64,000 nucleotides of DNA. Source: Chrysomallon squamiferum. Lineage: Eukaryota > Animalia > Mollusca. The position numbers were made by a program, and so were the translations under genes. Under the pieces are notes generated by a model. The model ran no database searches. It was not told where the DNA came from and worked only from the letters and a program-made list of their open reading frames with translations. Location of the stretch: the NCBI GenBank assembly GCA_012295275.1, contig CM022667.1:7316001-7380000 (forward strand). Reading direction: 5' to 3'. The first letter of the stretch is position 1; the number at the start of each line of letters is the position of its first letter. Below are positions 56,001 through 64,000 of the stretch, one piece after another.

Positions 56001-56519
56001 ATCGCTTGCTGTGTATATATTAAATAACTGGATCATTAAATTTTCATTGTAAATCGTTTGCAACAAAGAATTCACTTTAACAGTACAGAGGAGAACGAAT
56101 TAATGGCGGATTATGTGCGAGTAATTCGAGTAATCCAAAATCGATGAAAAGTGGTAAAGCATAAAGAAAGGAAAGCGGAATAAAACAAAAAATATATATA
56201 TTATTTAATGTACATGTTGAGTTTGTGTGCATGAATCAGTGGATGCACGAATGGATTCAATACACTTTCTGCTATACGTTACTTATTAGAAATTACTTTA
56301 TTTCCATATGCATGTGTCCATACGTCCGTAATAATTCGTCTCCGAGCACCTGTCATCTGTAACTAAATTTTTCTTCCACGATCACTGAATCGTAAATCAA
56401 ATAGTGTAAGATTTTTATAATAGTATTTATTTGTAAATAAGATTGTTGTATAAAATTTAGTATCATGCGTTGTTGTGATAAACACAATTACTTCAACACA
56501 CCATTACCAGTATCAGTAC

Positions 56520-56573
56520 AACCACATCACCACCACCACCAACAATAACAACAACAACAACAACAACAACACA

Positions 56574-56618
<45 letters not shown>

Positions 56619-56710
56619 TAATAATAATAATAATAATCGTCATCATCATCATTATCATAATAATAATCATAATCATAATTCGATAATAATAATAATGATA
56701 ATGATGATGA
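56520..56710. repeat. compound trinucleotide microsatellite (CAC)(AAC)(AAT)(CAT)
   Basis: Directly visible. Confidence 0.93.
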
Positions 56711-58284
56711 GGACAGCCTTATGGTGCAGTTTGGTCCTACCAGGAACATTATCAAAAAGCAATACAATTATGAAATTAAGTTATCTGGATTTATAGGTTT
56801 GCCACAGTTCATACGTAAGGGAAACAAGGCTTTCAAGGGAACGCAAAAATATCCATATTCTTAAGGAAATATGAATGTTTTAAAAATGTGCTCTAAATAC
56901 ATTTTTTCAGCTTATAATTTCAACCATTTTTATTACACTAATACAATTTTGAACCATTTCTTATGTCATATACCATGAGTTATTTTTAGAAATGTCGGCC
57001 TAAAAGAAAAAAAAAAGAAAATTAATTAGGACGCAGATGTCTTGCCAAATGAGCTGAGATCGGAATACATTTACATGTTTGTCACATCACATATTCATAC
57101 CAGTTTGATAAACCTTATTTAGATGCCAAATTCCAAGCATTAAAATCCGATCATGAACCGAATGAATGAATAAATAAACAAAATTCAGATTTATTTATTT
57201 ATTTATCTACTAATCTAAAATAAAAATTAAATATGTATGATTAGCATGTTGACAGAAACTACAATACGTAAAACGAAAAAACGATCAGACAGCATTGCTT
57301 GTTACACACTATGGGTAGATAACCAACTATGAACTATACTAATGACGTCGACAATGTATTGACGTCATTCGACAACAATTACACAGTCGGGCAGGTCAGT
57401 GTTTTACTTAGAAATTTAATCTTTGAAATCAGAAATAATCTCATAAATAATCTCATAAATAATCTCATATATGTATACATATATGTATATGTATACTGTA
57501 TGTATGTTTCTGTGGTATATGCGCATTTTTCTGTGTGTTTGTATTTTCTATGTATGTGTGTATAATAGGTTTATGTGTGTCTGTGTGCATGTGGTGAGGT
57601 GCGTCTGAATTTGTCTTATTTATATATATCTGTTTATGAGGGTGTATCTATTTGTGGAGGTAAATGAAATATTTCTTCTGATTTTATTCTGCATCAGTCT
57701 ACATATCCAAATATTAAAGTTTTAAACCAAACGATATCCAAAGCAGATAAAGGGTTAAATACATACAGAAATAAATGAATATTAAGAGAAAGAAAGAAAG
57801 AAGATAAACAGAAAAAAGGAGGGACACAACGGACTCTTTAATATACTAGATATCTGCTGAATTTCTTTGATTCTGTTTGTATTAAAGTAATAAGTTAAAA
57901 AGTGGTGCGAGAACGAGAAACTATTGAATTAATGTGTTGTATAAAACCAGCAAGTTGAATGAAAAAATCTGCCCTGCCAGAGAACTTGCACTGATACGAA
58001 AATGTTGACTGCTTTCATTTGTTCTCAACAACAAAACACATCTTTGTATTTCCCTTCAGATCACTGCTGTTTACAGATCCCTTCTCAATTAAGACAAGGG
58101 TGAGTTTTACTTAACCACAACCATCCTAGCCTTACACATCACACGATCTAGCCTACATTTCACTACTGCACAGTTTTCTTTAAATATACTATATAACATT
58201 TGTTTACATTGTTTTTGTGGCTATATGCTGTTCTTACTTTATTATATTACTGTATTTCTTACCTGTTCTAAATTTTAATGGGTT

Positions 58285-58477
58285 GGGGTTTGGTGTGCAA
58301 TAAGTCCTGTTCTTTGGGGTTTGGTGTGCAATAAGTCCTGTTCTTTGGGGTTTGGTGTGCAATAAGTCCTGTTCTTTGGGGTTTGGTGTGCAATAAGTCC
58401 TGTTCTTTGGGGTTTGGTGTGCAATAAGTCCTGTTCTTTGGGGTTTGGTGTGCAATAAGTCCTGTTCTTTGGGGTTT
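58285..58477. repeat. perfect 31-bp minisatellite, ~6.2 copies
   Basis: Unit GGGGTTTGGTGTGCAATAAGTCCTGTTCTTT. Confidence 0.96.
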
Positions 58478-58488
58478 ACTCTGCTGAT

Positions 58489-58628
58489 GTTTTGTTCACT
58501 GGTGTCTTGTTTACTAGTGTTGTCTTTACTGGAATGTTTTGTTCACTGGTGTCTTGTTTACTAGTGTTGTCTTTACTGGGTTGTTTTGTTCACTGGTGTC
58601 TTGTTTACTAGTGTTGTCTTTACTGGGT
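58489..58628. repeat. ~48-bp tandem repeat, 3 copies
   Basis: Unit core TTTTGTTCACTGGTGTCTTGTTTACTAGTGTTGTCTTTACTGG. Confidence 0.9.
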
Positions 58629-59279
58629 TCACTCACACCTGTAAAACATCACATAATGGAAGCGTTAATCTCTTTCACTTATTTCACGTGTTATCTGCAC
58701 AGTGACTTGATCTGAATCATTTAATTTTCGTATTTCACTCAAAAGTTTTGTGTTTCTGTACACTGGTTTTTTTGTTCACCGAGGTTTTTTGTGTGTGTGT
58801 TGGATCAAAAATAAAAATAAATAAAATTTAAAAACTACGTCTTATTGTACGTTATTCTTCAATCTGAAAGGTATATCACTATGTGGAGTCATGTTTGTCT
58901 GATCTTTCATGTAGGAGTGCCTTTCATCTAACACCGTACAGAGGATAACTGTATAAAATTCACAGCTTTCTTTGTCTATCTGAATAAAAACAATTTTATC
59001 ATACACAATGTAAGCGCAGAATGCAATGACAGCATTGCTTTCAACATGATCTAGTTTTGTTTCTTTTCTCTTTAAACCTATTCTTTTTCTTATTCGATCA
59101 AAGTCATTAATATTATTTACATCATTATTATAATAATTTTTGTCAACGTCAGCATTATTACTGCTACAAATATTATTGTTGTTGTTGTTGTTATTGACAA
59201 TATTTACAACCAAATAATAAGATTGTAACAAATTTATAATAAGGTTTTTAATGTGTATGAAAAAGTAAATTTGCTCGAT

Positions 59280-59645
59280 TTCACATCAAAGAAAGTCTAT
59301 TAATTATCGTCTTTGAACATGATAATTTCACAGCGGGTGAAAAAAAGACGCAAACGCGTTAACGTGATTCGATGCTACAAAAATGTGTCAACCAGGCGCT
59401 TCAACTTCCGCTTCTCGCTGTTTTTCTTGGAGATCAAAGACGACTCACTTCCGGTCTGTTTTCTTACAACACTTGTAATTGAACAAACTACTTTGTCGTG
59501 ATATCATTATTATCTGATTGATGAAGCTGCCGTCGTCTGCAGTTTCCTTACCACGCGAAGACGTCACCCAGCCACGCGCGATGGTGAGGCAGTGACTGTC
59601 TTGCTGATGTCTACACTAAAAGTTTACAGTCGACGTAGCGAGTGT
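59280..59645. promoter_or_regulatory. CpG-rich candidate enhancer with TCF and ETS motifs
   Basis: ATCAAAG 59285-59291, CTTTGAA 59311-59317, ATCAAAG 59433-59439, CACTTCCGG 59446-59454 and GCCGTCG 59529-59535, with locally high CpG. Confidence 0.45.
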
Positions 59646-60815
59646 ACTTTTTATAATGTACTGCAGATCTTTTGAAATGGGCAACTAGAAGAAGAAAAAT
59701 AGATTGAACAAAGTCAGAAAATAATAATAATAATAACACAACTGTAAACATCTGAGGTAATAATTTATACATTTTAAATCATTAAAGTATAGTCTGTGTT
59801 CGCACAGTGAACAAGTTGGGCGGAGTCATCTGGTACATCAACCGTGACCCCGTATATTTGTCGTGTGCCTCTCTTTACATATTGTTCAACCAGCCATGCG
59901 AAATATGACGCCCTCTAATGTTAACGAATCCCACTCAAATAGCACGGAATCATTATAATGTATATCTGAGTAGTTATGTGTGTGTGTTACTGTGTATATG
60001 TTTAATTTCTTATACTATTTTTACGCTGACTGCATAAAAATACAAAGTTAAATACTGAATTATTACTTGTGTCCATTGTTGATCTTCGTCAACCATTTGA
60101 TGATAACAAACCTACCTACCACTGAACGCTTTTTGCAACAACATGCAATGACGTAACAAATTACATTTATTATCACACGTTACAACTCCACTGATCTGAT
60201 GGTTAAATTTAACAGCCAAGGTGCAAGGCTTTTTTAAAATGTATTTTGTGTTTGTAAAGTTTTTTAAAATGTATTTTGTGTTTGTAAAGTTTTTTCAGGC
60301 CTGGACGCTTGATGTAAGAAATGTTTTCAACATTTTATTTGTCAAACTATAGATAGTTATAATAGAATACAAATTCAAAGAAAATTATCGATTACGAAAG
60401 TCATTTTACTGCACAGAGGAAACTTTTATCATGATTGTTTCGACAGATATTTTAAACCACACCCAGCACGACTACTGTAAAAAAATTAAATATATAAAGA
60501 AAAATACAACACAAAAACATTAAGGTCGTCTGCTGTCTAATGGAGAAACATTACCATCAATAATAGTTCAATATTCAGGAGATTGTACATCAAAGTGAGA
60601 TCAAATAAAAACGCTGTAATGGATATGTTGAAATGAATAGACAAATTCATTTAGTACAGAAACTTCAAGCGTATTACATTTCCTCTGCTAATCGCTTCTA
60701 TATTCAATTTGTTTCATATAAATATTACAACACCTGGTTTAAACACACTCAACACAAAACCAGAGAGTCCAGTAAGAAATATTATTAACATAATGTAAGA
60801 CTTGTCTAAGTTTCG

Positions 60816-60818
<3 letters not shown>

Positions 60819-60902
<84 letters not shown>
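60819..60902. repeat. (CT)n microsatellite
   Basis: Directly visible. Confidence 0.97.
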
Positions 60903-60903
<1 letters not shown>

Positions 60904-61377
60904 ACACTGTGTATTTCTGAAATTCCTTTCTGATTCTTTTGTTTTTTTTCAAAAGAAGAAAATGAAAAAGAACTAAGTAAGATAAACTAAAAGAAAGTAA
61001 CGAGAATAAACAAATACAACTGGGTACAGATAAAAACTAAATGCATACTGATGGACTCAACGCTAAATTTGCCTCTCTCTGATCTTTTTCTCGCCCCTTG
61101 GGACATTTCCCCCTCCAGGAAAATTCATTATGGTTTTTCTCCCCACGATTATTTCACAAAACATCAAAAAAAGGATCCGTTTCCTTCTGGTTATGTCAGG
61201 ACTAAAAGGTGATTTTGTAAAAGTCAAAAAAATATTTATTAAAAACAAATAATGTATAATAAGAAATAATTAATGAAGAATAAACCATTTTAAATCGCAC
61301 GATCATTTTAAAAAATTGAAAGAGAAAATTAATTAATATACTGTATTTTGAATTACATGCGAGTATGGTGATTGAAG

Positions 61378-61381
61378 TGTA

Positions 61382-61475
<94 letters not shown>
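61378..61475. repeat. compound (TG)n(GA)n microsatellite
   Basis: Directly visible. Confidence 0.95.
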
Positions 61476-61479
<4 letters not shown>

Positions 61480-62420
61480 GGTTTCTTAGCTATACAGCTG
61501 CTTTTTTTCTAAGTATACAAATGCAACGCTGCCATGTACATATAACTGAGTGGACTGAAATACGTGACAAGCTGCGATCCTAGTTTCTATCAGTTGTTAT
61601 ATTAAAACTAAAAGTTGCTTCGGGCCGAAATAGTTCATGTGTGTAAATATTTTTTTTTTTTTTTTTTTTTTTTTTTGGCTAGAGAAATCAAAGGAAGAAT
61701 TTTTTTCTTCTTCCTGTGTGAACTATTCTTTTTTTCTCAAGTGTGTCCTCATATAGAGCACTCTTTTGATATTTAATGTAACAAAGACACAGCAGCCAAT
61801 AACAACACGAATTATTTCAAGTCACTGACATTTTTGTTTTCTTAGTGCTCTTGGATAATAATTAATTTAAACAAACGAATACAGATGAGAGGCTAATTTG
61901 TAAAAGACTGCCATATGCGTATTGCTACTGGTGCCTGGACGTAAAAACAAAACCTTTGATCACGGGACGGAATCAATATGAAATAAACACAAAAGTTCCG
62001 GTGATCTAACGATCAGCGCACCTCGTTAGAGGAATTACAGTACTGACAAATCCACGGATCAGACGTCGAAATGATCAAACACAACATGAGATTGGTGAGG
62101 ATTACAAGTGACCAGTTATAGTTCCGTCTTTGATATATATTTATTTATCACGCACTTAAATCGCAAATTAAGTTAATGTGATATATTACAAGATGACAGT
62201 AAATGTCATTTTCGTCAATACTCATTGGCCTCGTAATCGCTTAAATGTATTATTCACATTTATTTGTATGAACTAAATATAAATCAGAAATAAATTATCA
62301 GTTCCACTCTGGTTTTCGTTTTATCCTCTGAACGAAAAGAGAAGGTTGCTGTTTGAAACAGTACGAAAATCTGACTGTATTGTAATATTTGTTCAAAGTG
62401 ATCTTTAATATTAACAAAAT

Positions 62421-62423
<3 letters not shown>

Positions 62424-62490
<67 letters not shown>
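62424..62490. repeat. (GA)n microsatellite
   Basis: Directly visible. Confidence 0.97.
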
Positions 62491-62493
<3 letters not shown>

Positions 62494-62989
62494 AAACCAA
62501 CAGGTGTTAAACCAAGATAAATGACATTATTATAGTATTATTTTATTTAGTAATGATATTCTGTGCCTTTCAATAAACATTTGTATATTAATGGCGGCTG
62601 TGAATTATAGTAAATTTTTATATATATAGAAATTATTTAATCTTCCCACAAATGAGCTATATTATTAGCTATATTATGAAGAGTCGCGAAGAAATTTGTT
62701 ATGGCTGACAATGATAACCAATGTTAATCTCATTAAATTATTACTAGAGAGAAAAATTAGGAAAAAGCACGATAAAATATTTACAAAATGTTATTATTAA
62801 TTTAAAATGTCTATAAATTATTAGTATTTTTTCAAAAGATTAATTCGACATCTGTTACAATCCTTTTATTATTAGTAGTAGTAGTATTAGAATTTTATAT
62901 ATAACGGTTTTTCGTAAAAAAATAAAACAGTGATACTTAAGAAATAAACAGTTTACGACACGGGAAATGTGTCACATACAGATGTGTGG

Positions 62990-63215
62990 ACAGACGGCAG
63001 CACGTTTCTATCAGCGAGAATCACCGTCACTTTGAAGTCACCTGGCGGCGTCTTTGATGTTCCAGGTGTTGTCGATCACGCGTAGACCTGGCTCCAGGAA
63101 ATTCGTGAAACGTTTCAATATAGATCTGTTTCACAGGAGACAGCAGTATCAAACATAGCTCATCTTTGATGAAAAATTCCCTTGGAAGTGGAGGAATATG
63201 AATTCTTTGAAGCAC
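62990..63215. promoter_or_regulatory. candidate Wnt-responsive enhancer (TCF HMG sites plus Helper sites)
   Basis: CTTTGAW at 63030-63036, 63052-63058, 63164-63170 and 63205-63211. TGGCGGC (reverse GCCGCCA Helper) at 63043-63049 lies 2 bp from an HMG site. ACCGTCA at 63023-63029 abuts another. Confidence 0.6.
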
Positions 63216-63500
63216 TAATTAATTGGTTGCTTCCAACGTTATCATTCCAGGATAGCGGAAAATTACTTGTCATAAAAAGCAACAACATTTACACGAAATT
63301 GCAGACAGTTACTTTTACGTATTGCTTTTATACATTAAATAGTCATTACGTATATAACGCACACAAAGAGGATTTATAATTAAAGAGATAAGTAGTTCTT
63401 TAAAAAAAAAAAAATAAAAAACTCTTCTGAACGTAATAAACTGTTAAAAACGTAATGAAAATCATTATATTTTAGTGTTGTAACTAATAATACAGAGAGG

Positions 63501-63502
<2 letters not shown>

Positions 63503-63556
<54 letters not shown>

Positions 63557-63558
63557 GG
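63503..63558. repeat. compound (TG)n(GA)n microsatellite
   Basis: Directly visible. Confidence 0.95.
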
Positions 63559-64000
63559 GTTGCTTAATTAAAGTATAATATTAAGTAATACAGATTCCAC
63601 GTAGTAAGACATACAATTTGACCGCAAAAATAAGCGAATAAACAAAACTCTAGAAATTTAATCATCTATAGAGACAGAAAATAAAATATTTAACGAGAAC
63701 TTCATTTTAATAGGAATTCTAGTTCCACAAAATAAATATTCCTCAGACAACAAAATAGTATAAAAGGTAATGTACTAGCTTTAATACAAGCAGTATAATA
63801 ACGGTTATTATGTCATTCGGAATCTTTCGAATATCGATTGGGGAAGAAAACGGGAAATCGGTTAATATATCAATGTTTCTTTTTTGTTTTTGTTGTTTTC
63901 AAAAAGAAAATATTGCTACTAAACGTTCGGATAATAATCATTTTAAACGAGTTAAAACTGAACTTGTGACTAAGCAAAGCTATACGTAACTGTTTCAACA

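Noticed and set aside
63027-63215. 62-aa minus-strand ORF (LQRIHIPPLPREFF...) as the last exon of an upstream gene
   Set aside because: It has no convincing acceptor or recognisable domain. The complexity is better explained by the TCF/Helper motif cluster, although an exon is not fully excluded.

Overview
This is AT-rich animal genomic DNA. The intron structure, repeat load and mosaic CpG depletion suggest an invertebrate, possibly a lophotrochozoan (inference only). Almost all ORFs in the track are repeat or low-complexity artefacts. The real content is the 5' half of a minus-strand naked cuticle (nkd/NKD) gene, a Wnt feedback antagonist. Five hand-assembled GT-AG exons (51450-51426, 51177-51148, 48227-48118, 8969-8921, 1982-1855) splice in frame to 114 codons: MGKLQSKH-VCPTSRIPNE-AECYFVNGHLNKAIEEQIWKKKTGFNLANYNMDENIS-ELSICLEDKETGIPLQ-VDLPPRTMDTETGKVLRLDQTSDVSLKKDEKGKNDDKTRLNIE. 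The EF-hand/EFX exons should lie left of position 1. The 39-kb intron 3 holds a second 49-nt, phase 0-to-1 candidate exon (24828-24780) that parallels exon 4 and could be a mutually exclusive, poison or alternative first exon. The gene body (1 to ~48.8 kb) is CpG-depleted and full of minisatellites. The promoter and upstream region keep CpG, carry (GA)n tracts and contain TCF/LEF site clusters, including an HMG+Helper pair at ~63.0 kb. A Tigger/pogo-type deletion derivative lies at 6357-6933. I found no RNA genes, CRISPR arrays or prokaryotic systems, and nothing I can support as a wholly new biological system. Repeat boundaries are approximate.
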